Both the position numbers and the translations under genes were made by a program. Shown here piece after piece: positions 8,913 to 18,708 of a stretch of DNA of 64,000 bases. Every line of letters starts with the position of its first letter. Position 1 is the first letter of the stretch. The DNA is from Candidatus Melainabacteria bacterium. GTDB taxonomy: Bacteria; Cyanobacteriota; Vampirovibrionia; Obscuribacterales; Obscuribacteraceae. Under the pieces are notes generated by a model. That model ran no database searches. It had not been told where the DNA came from and saw nothing but the letters and a program-made list of their open reading frames with translations. The stretch covers positions 2,665,880 to 2,729,879 of the forward strand of contig CP064963.1 of assembly GCA_016699165.1 (NCBI GenBank), given 5' to 3'.

Positions 8913-10265
8913 TCACTGCTGATTTTGAGTGGCCATACTATCCAGGTAATTCGTCACCACCTGGAAAATGGCTTGCATTTCCATCTGACGCGTCACAGTT
9001 TGTTTCTGCGCCAGGGGAGTGAGAATGGCTTCAGTAGCCTGAAAAACCGCCTGCATGAAAGACTGAGCCTGATTGACAGGACCTAGTTTTTCCATTACCG
9101 GTGCCACCACCAAATCGAGTTCGGTAGTGTCGATTCTGAGGCCGCTGCTCATCGCTTTTGAAAGCGCATTCAGACTTGCTTGAAAAGCCTTATGCTCAGG
9201 CTCGACCAACTTAATTACGGTCTTAGCCGCGATGTTAGAGGTTTTGAGAGCGTCCATGAAATGACGCACCACATTGGCCTCTTTAATCGCTTCGTCTCCC
9301 GATGTGGTCTTGAGGTGGACATAAAGCTGAGCTTGGTTGTCCATCTCTTTGACACCAGCCTGGACTTTTGCAAGATTAGCCGCGACTTCCGGAGCCTGCA
9401 GAGCTTTATCCAGAGCCTCGGTTGACCATTTCAGATCTTGCGAAAGCTTAGAAACGAGCGTCTGATTTTCATACTTGAAAAAACGCTGCTCCAGAGATGG
9501 TGCCGATTTGCCGAAAGCAAACGAGACACCACTCGCGATGGCGACGGTGAGCAGAGCATAGCCGACCGCCTGTTTCCAGTTCGTTGCAAAAGCAGCTTCG
9601 GCACTAGCTTCCCGGCTGGATCGGCTTAGATGAAAACCGACCGCCCAACCAAGAGCAGTGCTAGCCAGATGCACAACCACGCCCATTTGAGCCGAACTTG
9701 TGATGACGTCGGACATGAGTCCAAGTGCAGCCAAAATATTCGGGGTCAAGAGCACAAGGGTGAATGCAAGCAGGCACCAGCCCCAGTTCGACCATTGAAT
9801 CGTTCTGGTGGCATACAGCACTTGATACATGCCGACAATGGTCATGATACCGCCGCTGGCACCAAAGACCAGAAGCGGTGCGCTTGGATCGGTGACCGAC
9901 CACTGCACAAGCGTTCCAAAGGCGCCGCCGACCAGGAACCAGAGCCAGAGGGCTTTGGCACCGAATCGTTTTTCGAGCGCATAACCAACCAGTCCAAGCG
10001 ACAACATATTCGATGCAAGATGCATCATGTTGCCGTGCAAGAACTGGTTAGATAGCGTAGTGAAGGCAGCGTAACCAATGCCAAGTAGGTCGAAATTGGC
10101 GATGCTGCGATTGGCCACTTCGTTGCTGAAAGCAAGAAAGCGCAGACTATTCATATCAGGCTCGATGCCGGCAGCGATGAGACCAAATGCATAGGCAAAG
10201 TTGACGAAAACGGCGCTTACCGCAATCGCCCAAACAGCCCAGACGGCTGATTTGCTTGAGTTCAT
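8913..10265 (-). CDS. Rhomboid-family intramembrane serine protease with a roughly 200-aa C-terminal soluble extension
   Basis: HGNMMHLASNML (H-x3-N box) and GASGGIMTIVG (GxSG catalytic Ser) within about 6 TM helices. AAAGGAAG Shine-Dalgarno sequence before the ATG at 10265. Confidence 0.85.
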   Translation of the reverse strand: MNSSKSAVWAVWAIAVSAVFVNFAYAFGLIAAGIEPDMNSLRFLAFSNEVANRSIANFDLLGIGYAAFTTLSNQFLHGNMMHLASNMLSLGLVGYALEKRFGAKALWLWFLVGGAFGTLVQWSVTDPSAPLLVFGASGGIMTIVGMYQVLYATRTIQWSNWGWCLLAFTLVLLTPNILAALGLMSDVITSSAQMGVVVHLASTALGWAVGFHLSRSSREASAEAAFATNWKQAVGYALLTVAIASGVSFAFGKSAPSLEQRFFKYENQTLVSKLSQDLKWSTEALDKALQAPEVAANLAKVQAGVKEMDNQAQLYVHLKTTSGDEAIKEANVVRHFMDALKTSNIAAKTVIKLVEPEHKAFQASLNALSKAMSSGLRIDTTELDLVVAPVMEKLGPVNQAQSFMQAVFQATEAILTPLAQKQTVTRQMEMQAIFQVVTNYLDSMATQNQQ

Positions 10266-10625
10266 TGAACTTCCTTTCTAGTTATAATTTTGATTGAATC
10301 GGCGAAAGACACCGTCAGTGCCGATTACACCTTGAAATGAGTCGATGCTGGTTATTTTTTTTCAGTGGGACGTTGTATGCACCGACGGGAAGAAAAGGGG
10401 GAGTGATAATTGACCGTAGAGAATTGCGGTTATACATAACAAGCACTTATTACTTATTACGCCTTACCACTTGACATTATAAGCGCGATATTATATTTAG
10501 ACGCTAGCGCAACTCTCACAGCTTTAATATGAAAGCTTTGAAGAAATCGCTTAAAGACATCTTTGACCGGGAAATTTCAATATATGACCGTAAATAAGTA
10601 GCAAGATAGAGAGACCTAAGGCTCA

Positions 10626-11330
10626 ATGGGAACTGATTTCGAAAAGTTTAAACTGGACGCTGGCCAGGCTTTCAGCCGAGGAGACTACGCTATGGCGTCG
10701 TCTACCTGGCTTAAGGCACTAGAAGAACTGGACCACACCGACGACAAAGACCCTCGCGTGGCGCTTACTCTAGACCAGTTAGCCGAGTCCTTGGCCAAGG
10801 AAAACCGGCAAGTAGAGGCTATTCCGGTCCTCAATCACTGTTTAGATTTAAAAGAAAAGACACTAGGTCCAGATCATCTGGAAGTGGCTAATACTCTTAA
10901 TAATTTGGCTGAGCTTTATTACTCTGTGGGCAATTTTGAAGACGCTCCTCCGCTTTCTGAGCGAATTATGGGCATCTACGAGAAAATTTTTGGCAGCGAT
11001 CATTTAGGCCTCGCCATGATTTCGACCTCTCTGGCACTTATTTATCACGGTCAGAAAAACTTCGCTAAGGCAGAGCCCTTCTACATCAGAGCTATGAGTA
11101 TTAAACAGAAAGCACTTGGTTATAACCATGCCGAAGTGGCTCTAATAATGGAAAATTACGCCGCTTTGTTATACGAAACAAACAGAGCAGAAGAAGCAGA
11201 CTCGCTCTGCACCGGCATTGGCACTGTTTCTGGACTGTGGAAATCAATTACCGCTCAGACAAGCCAGACCCTCACACAGGGATCGTTGCAGGGCAAACTT
11301 ACTCCATGGCGTGGCAAAAAACGCCCTTAA
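10626..11330 (+). CDS. Tetratricopeptide-repeat protein (TPR_12-like)
   Basis: Repeats such as LNNLAELYYSVGNFEDAPPLSERIMGIYEKIFGSDH and LALIYHGQKNFAKAEPFYIRAMSIKQKALGYNH. Confidence 0.8.
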   Translation: MGTDFEKFKLDAGQAFSRGDYAMASSTWLKALEELDHTDDKDPRVALTLDQLAESLAKENRQVEAIPVLNHCLDLKEKTLGPDHLEVANTLNNLAELYYSVGNFEDAPPLSERIMGIYEKIFGSDHLGLAMISTSLALIYHGQKNFAKAEPFYIRAMSIKQKALGYNHAEVALIMENYAALLYETNRAEEADSLCTGIGTVSGLWKSITAQTSQTLTQGSLQGKLTPWRGKKRP

Positions 11331-11521
11331 AGTTCTGAATTCAGAATTATTAACTGTAATTACTTAGTTTTACTGCTTTCAGTTTTTTAAAGCTGGAATT
11401 ATCTTTGTCTTTTTATCTAAATAGGCGTTCTTCTTCCAGACACCTAATTTCCATCTCTAAACTCAATCGACAGCTCTAAGCCATCACATCTGGTGATGCG
11501 TCTTCGACTGTCACAAACTGC

Positions 11522-12799
11522 ATGGAGACAATCATGCGCAAATGGATCATCATTTGCCTGGGTCTTGTTGTTGCAGGTGGTGCCGCGCTCTACCTGAGCG
11601 GAACACTGCCTCTGGGCAACAAGTCGCAGGAAGTATCTGTCGAGTTTCCCGACAAACTGAACGAGCGGATTTTCGTCTATCAAGGCGACCATGACCAGCG
11701 TCTTCGCAACATGGTCTACGCCGAGGACGGCAAGACGCCACTTTACGCAGAAACCGATTATGCAAACGGTGATACGGGCAAAGTCATCTTCCGCCCGGAT
11801 TTCACTGCACAATCGATTCTGCGTTTCTTCAACCCCACTCTCGTCAACGGCGAGAGGGTCGTGCGTTCGTCCTTCGTCATCGGCACAGACGGCCGCACGG
11901 TCATTGAACTCTCTGAATTCGACCTCAACAAAAAGCTCGTGCTCAAAGGCATGCGTCAGCCCGACGGCCAGTATACCGAGCGGAGATACGACGCAGACGG
12001 ACTGGTTACTCGCTATCGCCTTCTCAACAAGACGGCGATGATTTTCGGCGGGACGGCTTTCAGCGACTACATGGTCAATGCAGAATCGCTGTTCTATCCT
12101 GGCACAAGCTCGCTCCAGAGCCATTTCGTGCGGACTGAATCCTACATTACCGAGAAGACCACTTATCTTCTCTCTGGGGCAATCGAGACGTTCCTACGCA
12201 CGCAAGGAACTATCGAATCGGGCTATGCGCTCTGGCCTAACGGCAAGACGCGCGTATCTTTCGAGAAGCGCTCGGTGAGCTCCAGTTCGTGGTCGGTCGA
12301 ATACGGCGTGTACTCGAAGAGTTATGACCAGAGCGGTCAGCTCATCGACACACGCATGTTTCGCACCAGTGTCATGAGCGTGACGCTCAACCTGCCTGAA
12401 TTCGGCGAGGTGACGCAGAACTGGCGCCCCATCAACTCCGGCACCACCGGCGATGCCCTTATGAAGCAGGAGAATTACGCTTTGTACGAAGTGCTCCTGC
12501 CTGTGCTCGGTCCCTACAACAAGGTGACCGTCATTCTGGGCAAAGACGGCAAGCCGACCGACCTCTACCACCAGTACATGGAAGGCGATGCCGAAATCAA
12601 AGCCTTCATCAGTCTGCGTCCCGACGGCTCCTTCGCCAAAATCCGGACCTACAACACCTCGACCTTCAAGTCGGGGGAGACGGTCTTCATCGGCAACGAG
12701 GGCGGCTCTTTCCAGATGCCGGCTGAACTGCGCGAGGCAACTCATTTCGAGATTCCTCTGGTCAGACCGAATTCGCCGACCTATTCCTATCATCCCTAA
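11522..12799 (+). CDS. Secreted/anchored repeat protein, paralog family P (member 3 of 5)
   Basis: N-terminal TM/signal (MRKWIIICLGLVVAGGAALYL), FPDKLNERIF motif, and repeated DG-containing beta-hairpin-like units. The start could be ATG 11522 or 11534. Confidence 0.8.
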   Translation: METIMRKWIIICLGLVVAGGAALYLSGTLPLGNKSQEVSVEFPDKLNERIFVYQGDHDQRLRNMVYAEDGKTPLYAETDYANGDTGKVIFRPDFTAQSILRFFNPTLVNGERVVRSSFVIGTDGRTVIELSEFDLNKKLVLKGMRQPDGQYTERRYDADGLVTRYRLLNKTAMIFGGTAFSDYMVNAESLFYPGTSSLQSHFVRTESYITEKTTYLLSGAIETFLRTQGTIESGYALWPNGKTRVSFEKRSVSSSSWSVEYGVYSKSYDQSGQLIDTRMFRTSVMSVTLNLPEFGEVTQNWRPINSGTTGDALMKQENYALYEVLLPVLGPYNKVTVILGKDGKPTDLYHQYMEGDAEIKAFISLRPDGSFAKIRTYNTSTFKSGETVFIGNEGGSFQMPAELREATHFEIPLVRPNSPTYSYHP

Positions 12800-12816
12800 C
12801 CCGTAACGGATAGCCA

Positions 12817-13308
12817 GTGACAAACGGCTTACCAGAAGGGTTTATCGTTCGGGACGCAATGGTCCGGGACATCAAAGGCATCATCAAAATTGTTAATAGT
12901 AAGAACAATCGGGCCTCATTTGGTTGGGTCCCGCGAGTGGTTCTTGAAGATGCCATCAAGCGACAAAAATGCGATGGTGCTCAGTCGCAGCATCGCATCA
13001 AAGTTGTTTTGCGCATGCAAGGCAAAACCGAAGTGGTGGTGGCATGGACTCGTTCCTACCACCGCCGCGACGGTGTTACCTCGCTGCATGAACTGGGAGT
13101 AGCGGAAGATTGTCAGAGTGGTGGCATCGGCTCGTATCTCGTTAACGAGACGGTCGACGCCTGTCGCAAGCGCGGCATGACCATTCTGCGATTGAAGACA
13201 GTGGTCGGACTTCGTTCGAACGGCTACTATCCGCGCTTCGGCTTCGAGAAAGTGGGTTTGGAACGTGGACGTAAGCGCGAGCTAAACGTCTATGAACTGA
13301 GCCTTTGA
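12817..13308 (+). CDS. GNAT-family N-acetyltransferase
   Basis: Acetyl-CoA box LHELGVAEDCQSGGIGSYLV and C-terminal YYPRFGFEKVG. GTG start 17 nt after the previous stop; the start is uncertain. Confidence 0.75.
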   Translation: MTNGLPEGFIVRDAMVRDIKGIIKIVNSKNNRASFGWVPRVVLEDAIKRQKCDGAQSQHRIKVVLRMQGKTEVVVAWTRSYHRRDGVTSLHELGVAEDCQSGGIGSYLVNETVDACRKRGMTILRLKTVVGLRSNGYYPRFGFEKVGLERGRKRELNVYELSL

Positions 13309-13394
13309 ATACCTACCCTCCATCGTGATCTACAGAAAATAAAAGCGAGCAGCCGGCTTCCATAGTCGGCTGCTCCACGACGCAGGAGAACCAA

Positions 13395-15059
13395 ATGAAA
13401 TTCCTCCGTATCCTCACTCTCGTTATAATGAGCGCTCTGGGCGTTCTTCAGACTCATTCCGCCGCAGCACAGCTCTTCACCACTATCACTCGCGACGCTT
13501 ATGAGCACGAACTGCTCCAGAAACGGCTAGGCAAGCCAGGCATCGGCATTTCGTTTGTCTGGGTGAAACAGGTCGGCTCGAGCGGCCTCACCATCAGCGA
13601 AGTTGCCGAGGGTAGTCCGGCATTCAAGGCTGGCTTGCAGATTGGCGATCGAATTACCGCGATCGAAGGCAAAATCATTCTGGGAATGGAAGAAGAAATT
13701 GCGTCTAAGCTGCTTCGCGCCGACACCGGTCTGCCCCAGAGGTTCACCTACGTCCGCGACGGCGTCTACAAAGACGTCGCGCTGACGCGCGAAGATGGTT
13801 TGCTAGGCATAGGCTTCGCCAACGCGACACCCAGCTTCTATGCTCGAATCGAGCAGGTACTCAAGGGGCTTCCGGCCCAGCGAGCAGGACTCATGGAAGG
13901 CGATTTGCTGCTTGCAGTCGATAATATGACACTTGCAAGGTTCGGCAACTCAGATGAACTGCAGAGCTATCTCAGCCAGGGTGAACTGGGATCGCCGGTC
14001 ACTCTCACCATTTCGCGCAACATGGAGGTCTTCCAGATCAAGATGCTGCGCGATATCGTCCCCAACGTCTACGCGAAATACGGCGTTCAAATCTTCGCCA
14101 GCAGGCTGCGGACCAGCCGCTTCGCCACTCACGACTGGGCAGAGCTCAGCCTCTGGAATCTGGACTGGGTCGACCTTCTCAATCCGGACCTCAAGAACTT
14201 CGAGGGTAAGAAATACAACGCGCTGGATGAAGCACTCCTTCGTCTTTCAGACGAGAAATACGTGGTCTGGAATCTTCAGAATAATGTTTGGGCAAATGAC
14301 CCGGAGCAGACCGCACGCATCACAGCGCGCTTCATGAAGTCCGACGGATGGGTTCTTTCCTACAAAGACGACTCGACCGGCGCACTTACCACCTACAGGC
14401 GTAATGGCAGCGTTTTGAGCAAAGAAGTCAAAATCGGAGGCAAGACCGAAACCAGCGTGGTCGAGCAAGAACTCACAACCTTCGATGCAAAACTGGTCAT
14501 TCTGGTCAACGACAAGACAGAAAGCGGAGCGGTAGCTCTTGCCTATGCGCTCAGACTGTCGAAGTCTGCGCTCGTCGTAGGACAACAACCATTTGGTTCG
14601 ACCAGAATCACGCGCAACGTGAATCTCCAGCCAAACTTGTACGAGAAGATGGTTGTCGGCTCCTACAGGATGGAGAACGGCGGCGGCATCGGCGTAAGTG
14701 TCGACATCACAATCGACAGTCTTTCGTCCTTCAACACAACGACCGCCTTCAAACTGCTCGTCAAGCCTGACTTGCAGTGGTGGGAAAACGAGGAAAGTCT
14801 TGCCAATATCACCTTCAACGTGATTGGCGGAATCGTCCTTTTCTCATTCATCTGCATTGCCGTGCTCTTCACCCCCAAGTCGAATGGCTTCCCTGGTCTT
14901 AGACTGCGGAACGTTGCCTTTGGATTTCTGGTGGTGGAGGTGACGGTGATAGCAGCGGTGGCTTTCGTCGTCATGCTGACCCAGATGTTCTGGCCGACAA
15001 TGATCGTCTTCACCCTAGCGGTGGGCGTCATGGTTGGGCGCAGTATGCCGTCGAAATAA
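13395..15059 (+). CDS. Signal peptide + two PDZ domains + S41-peptidase-like domain + C-terminal TM anchors
   Basis: Two PDZ-like units (GLTISEVAEGSPAFKAGLQIGDRITAIEG; RIEQVLKGLPAQRAGLMEGDLLLAVDN). S41-like core LVILVNDKTESGAVALAYAL...VVGQQPFGST. Two or three hydrophobic helices at the C-terminus. Confidence 0.75.
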   Translation: MKFLRILTLVIMSALGVLQTHSAAAQLFTTITRDAYEHELLQKRLGKPGIGISFVWVKQVGSSGLTISEVAEGSPAFKAGLQIGDRITAIEGKIILGMEEEIASKLLRADTGLPQRFTYVRDGVYKDVALTREDGLLGIGFANATPSFYARIEQVLKGLPAQRAGLMEGDLLLAVDNMTLARFGNSDELQSYLSQGELGSPVTLTISRNMEVFQIKMLRDIVPNVYAKYGVQIFASRLRTSRFATHDWAELSLWNLDWVDLLNPDLKNFEGKKYNALDEALLRLSDEKYVVWNLQNNVWANDPEQTARITARFMKSDGWVLSYKDDSTGALTTYRRNGSVLSKEVKIGGKTETSVVEQELTTFDAKLVILVNDKTESGAVALAYALRLSKSALVVGQQPFGSTRITRNVNLQPNLYEKMVVGSYRMENGGGIGVSVDITIDSLSSFNTTTAFKLLVKPDLQWWENEESLANITFNVIGGIVLFSFICIAVLFTPKSNGFPGLRLRNVAFGFLVVEVTVIAAVAFVVMLTQMFWPTMIVFTLAVGVMVGRSMPSK

Positions 15060-15270
15060 TTTTCTGATGCATTGACTGGAATTTGATAGTTCACCATATA
15101 TGGTGGCTATCATTTTCCAGTCCTTGCGTTTTTAAAAGTTATTACTATAAGTTTTAGTAAAACTAGATTTCAAAAAAGAACGGTAACCGCTGCAGAGCAA
15201 TTAAGCTCCACAGCGGCACCGCCTTAGTTCGATTCAGCAAAGCGAAGTTGCGCTTATGCCGACGCCGAGA

Positions 15271-15507
15271 TTACTTCTTGGCGTTGGCAGCACACTTCGG
15301 GCAGCCGGCCTTCTTCTGGCACGTGCCGGACTTGTCGCCCTTGCACTTGTCGCCGCAGGCATGATCGCTCTTCGACTGGTCGCCTTCAGACGCACCCTTG
15401 CCGGACTTGTCCTTCAGCTTGTCGAGGGCGTCCTTGTTCTGCTTGTGAGCCCAGGCTTCCTCGGCGTTGTAGCCGTTGCCGTTCTTCGCATCCTTCATGT
15501 CGGACAT
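15271..15507 (-). CDS. Small Lys/Cys-rich protein (78 aa), possible metal-binding protein
   Basis: AAAGGAAT Shine-Dalgarno sequence before the ATG. C-terminal HACGDKCKGDKSGTCQKKAGCPKC has 5 Cys and 1 His in 24 residues. The + ORF 15256-15552 is its antisense shadow. Confidence 0.6.
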   Translation of the reverse strand: MSDMKDAKNGNGYNAEEAWAHKQNKDALDKLKDKSGKGASEGDQSKSDHACGDKCKGDKSGTCQKKAGCPKCAANAKK

Positions 15508-15610
15508 GATGTATTCCTTTCGTTTGCTGTATCAGCAGTTTGGGATGATTGAACAGAGAGTAAAATCCCGAACCGAGAGCTTGTGCACTCGGCTCGGTGG
15601 AGAGAATAAC

Positions 15611-16630
15611 CTACCTCAGCTTCGGCAGAACCGAAGCGAGCGCGCCGTTGATGGCATCACGCTTCTTGAAGTAGACAACGCCCATTCCCATGACGCCGGC
15701 GCCAAGAAGAGCGACCGAACTCCAGAGCATGAGTGCATTGTCGGCGAAGAGCTGGAACGACAGGTAGAAGGGATACCAGAACGTACCCACCACACCAAAG
15801 ACCAGGAAGATTGTCCGCTTCAGCATAGCCGAAAGCAGAATGAAGCCGACGTTGACTGCAACGAAAAGCAGCTTGCCAGCTTCACCGCCAAGACCCAGCT
15901 GAGTCCAGGCGAACCAGAATGTGGTCAGACCAAACAGATAACCCCAGAAGCTGAAGTCTTCCGTTTGGTTCTTCTCGAGGCTGAAAGCGGTTGCACAGAG
16001 CAGACCGCCAAAGACCATATCGAGGATGAGAGCATTGTGGCTTGCCCAGCCAAAGAACCAGCCGTTGCCCGAAGGTGTGACCATATCGATGACGATTGTG
16101 GCCATGACCCAGAGCGAGCCGTAAAGCGGCATGGTCAGGAACGGGAAGCGCACCGCTTTCAGCGCAACCAAGCTTGCGGCGGCAGCAGAGCCGAAGATGA
16201 TGAGGCTCTCGGTGTTATAGTCCATGCCGGTCTTGAGGAATTCGTGAATGAATCCCCAGACGGCGACAGGAACTGCGACGACCGCCACAGTGGACAAGAG
16301 TCCGCCGGCGAGCTTCAGATTGTACTTGTGCCACATCAGCATGCCAGCCACGCCGAAGACGACAACGCTCGAAAGAGCGCCGGTCAACATAGCCGGGAAA
16401 TGGTACTTGTCAGCGACGAGTCCCAGGATGATAGGCAGAGCAATCACGAGGAAGGCACCACCAACGCTCATGATGATGTTGGCCAGGTCCAGTTTGGAAC
16501 CAGCCGAAGCGGCGTTGGCGGCCAGATATTCCCAGATGTTGGCCACGTCGAACGGCTTGCCCTGGGCGGCAAGTGACTTGGCAGCGGCGTCGAGTTCTTC
16601 GCGGCCTACTGCACGTTTGTCTTGACTCAT
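15611..16630 (-). CDS. Polytopic membrane protein (339 aa), function unknown
   Basis: I place the start at ATG 16630 (MSQDKRAV...). The longer track ORF, extending to 16894, would overlap the upstream gene 16662-16997. About 9 hydrophobic helices follow a roughly 45-aa soluble head. Confidence 0.7.
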   Translation of the reverse strand: MSQDKRAVGREELDAAAKSLAAQGKPFDVANIWEYLAANAASAGSKLDLANIIMSVGGAFLVIALPIILGLVADKYHFPAMLTGALSSVVVFGVAGMLMWHKYNLKLAGGLLSTVAVVAVPVAVWGFIHEFLKTGMDYNTESLIIFGSAAAASLVALKAVRFPFLTMPLYGSLWVMATIVIDMVTPSGNGWFFGWASHNALILDMVFGGLLCATAFSLEKNQTEDFSFWGYLFGLTTFWFAWTQLGLGGEAGKLLFVAVNVGFILLSAMLKRTIFLVFGVVGTFWYPFYLSFQLFADNALMLWSSVALLGAGVMGMGVVYFKKRDAINGALASVLPKLR

Positions 16631-16661
16631 GGGTTTTTCCCTTTGAGTTAGTGTTTCTAGT

Positions 16662-16997
16662 TCAGATGAATTCCATGGGATAACGCTCCCGTGGATCCCA
16701 ATTTTCTTTGAGCACTTCAACCATGTGCACACACTGCGGCCAGTCACCATTAGCGGTGGCATCGGCAATCGCTTTGAGAGCAGCCTCGCGATCCTGGGTA
16801 ATTCCAGGATAATCGAGACTGCCTGATGTGACACCTTGCGGAAGAAAACCATAAAAATCCGTTGTCTGCACCACCTTGTAGGCAAAATTGCCAATCAGGT
16901 AGGTCTGCCCGGAGAACGGGACACCGGGCAGTTTGTCAGGCCAGGTCGGGGAATAACTACCCGTCGCGAGCTTGAACAGAATCAATGAGCGTTTCAT
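16662..16997 (-). CDS. Hypothetical soluble protein (111 aa)
   Basis: ATG lies 6 nt after the stop of 17004-17585, and the stop lies 31 nt before the next start. Operon position supports coding. No family recognised. Confidence 0.6.
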   Translation of the reverse strand: MKRSLILFKLATGSYSPTWPDKLPGVPFSGQTYLIGNFAYKVVQTTDFYGFLPQGVTSGSLDYPGITQDREAALKAIADATANGDWPQCVHMVEVLKENWDPRERYPMEFI

Positions 16998-17003
16998 GGC
17001 TCA

Positions 17004-17585
17004 TCAGTGGAACAGGCCGCCGCCGCGCAGGGACATGCGCTGCTTGTAAGCCGCAAGGTCTTTGCGGTTGACGGCGTAGAGACCGATGGCGGGTGACGGC
17101 GGCGGATAAGACGCCACAATCATCCAGTCGTAAACGTGACCGATAGACTCGGTACGATACATCAGGCGATAGAGCATATTCACGTCGGCATCACTGAACT
17201 TGCCAGATTCGATGCAAGCGTAGATGTCTCCGCGGACATAGTTGCCGTCGCCGTTCTTGTCCAGCTTGTCGAAATTGGCGAGTGCGAATTCGACAATTGC
17301 CGGAGCGGCTTCGGCGTCCTTGTTACGGAAATACGAAACCACATAGGTAAGCGCTGCCGAATTGAGGAAGCCAACCAATGCGAATTCCCAGATGATCGCG
17401 TCCTTGAGGACGAAGAAGGAGAACGGAACGGAAACGGCGGTGGCGATGAAAAGAGTGATGCTTTCAGCCGCGACAAAGCCGGAGTTTCCGTTTTTGCCGT
17501 AAAGTTCCGAGAAAAGGCCAAGCGTGATAGCGGAGAGAACAAGAATTCCAGCGCTATACGATGCCAGGACAACCAGCTCATACAT
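17004..17585 (-). CDS. Membrane-anchored EF-hand protein (paralog of 48418-49020)
   Basis: Three N-terminal TM helices, then a 12-residue EF-hand loop DKNGDGNYVRGD (nt 17226-17261). Shares IGHV and YAVNRKDLAAY boxes with 48418-49020. Confidence 0.7.
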   Translation of the reverse strand: MYELVVLASYSAGILVLSAITLGLFSELYGKNGNSGFVAAESITLFIATAVSVPFSFFVLKDAIIWEFALVGFLNSAALTYVVSYFRNKDAEAAPAIVEFALANFDKLDKNGDGNYVRGDIYACIESGKFSDADVNMLYRLMYRTESIGHVYDWMIVASYPPPSPAIGLYAVNRKDLAAYKQRMSLRGGGLFH

Positions 17586-18165
17586 GGCGGTTTTCCTTTC
17601 TATTTAGGGTGTGCGTTTGGTATTTAGAAGTTAAAAACGGTGTTGAGAGAATTAAATGGAGGTGCTTATACTCGTAGGTTTAATAGAGTGATTCCCAATT
17701 AGATTTTTTGCATAAATCACTAGCCATAGGAAGAAATAAGGTTATGGCTTAAAACTTTGCGCCGACGAAAGTTAGCACAGCTGCACTAGCTCAGCGATAC
17801 ACTTCTCAACAAAAACAATTTCTTTCGTTTTGAATATTAACGAAAACGAAAAAAACCAATTCAAACCTAGCCACCACAAGCGGTAGCAAGATTATTTAGA
17901 AAAGCTGAAAAACTAAGCATATCTTAGAAAAATAGAGTTCATCTATTTGTATAAATACGGTTTTAGTGATGCTCTTATCAGTAGTGTAAGTCATCTTTTT
18001 TTCACCCCCATCTGGTTCGTTTATCCTTTCGGTACTCCAAAATAGCTCTCAACATCGCAGTTTTCGATCGCCACTTTGTGGCAGGAGTTGTTCTGAAGTC
18101 TGATGAGGAAACCAAATGGACATTAAACACCCTATATGTGCAACCTACTAAACTGGAGGTGCCCT

Positions 18166-18708
18166 ATGCGCAAATCCTACGGTAACGCGTATTCCCGCGA
18201 CTATAAGCTTCAATGTAATGAGCGTGGTCTGATCGGACTCGTCACTTACCCCGACGGCCGGCTGCGCTTCTTCGAGTACGATTCGGACGGCGTCCCCAAC
18301 AAGATGACTGACGTCGACTTCATCATCCACACTCGCATCAACTCAGATACCTGGCTCACCTGCAAGGGCGAACGCTGGCAAGGCAAGGTCGAGGTGGCCC
18401 AGACAGACTCGGATCAGTGCCTTCCCGGCACCGCCCTTGTCACCAAATACGATGGCGCCTTCGTTGCCAGCGAATCGGTCTATTTCCCGCACGGCATCTG
18501 GATCGAAAGCGACTATATGCGCGATCGGACCGAGATCAAGCGAAGCGTTCAGTTCTTGAACGGCAACAATTTCAACTATTCTCGACACGACCGCAATTCG
18601 CTCTGGATGGCGAACGGCGACATGGTCGAAATGCTTCCCGACACCCCATTCGCCTACGCTCTTCCCTGGCTATGCCCCGTCTTCATGGGCACGACTGCGT
18701 CGGCTTAG
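18166..18708 (+). CDS. Hypothetical protein with a single YD/RHS-like repeat
   Basis: GGAGGTG Shine-Dalgarno sequence before ATG 18166. YPDGRLRFFEYDSDG resembles a YD repeat. No other recognisable domain. Confidence 0.6.
   Translation: MRKSYGNAYSRDYKLQCNERGLIGLVTYPDGRLRFFEYDSDGVPNKMTDVDFIIHTRINSDTWLTCKGERWQGKVEVAQTDSDQCLPGTALVTKYDGAFVASESVYFPHGIWIESDYMRDRTEIKRSVQFLNGNNFNYSRHDRNSLWMANGDMVEMLPDTPFAYALPWLCPVFMGTTASA

Noticed and set aside
11444-12823. Minus-strand ORFs 11444-12124 and 12194-12823
   Set aside because: They are antisense to P-family member 3 and have no supporting motifs.
15476-16576. 366-aa + strand ORF
   Set aside because: It is antisense to the polytopic membrane protein gene 15611-16630. 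The product is charged and low-complexity, and there is no Shine-Dalgarno sequence.
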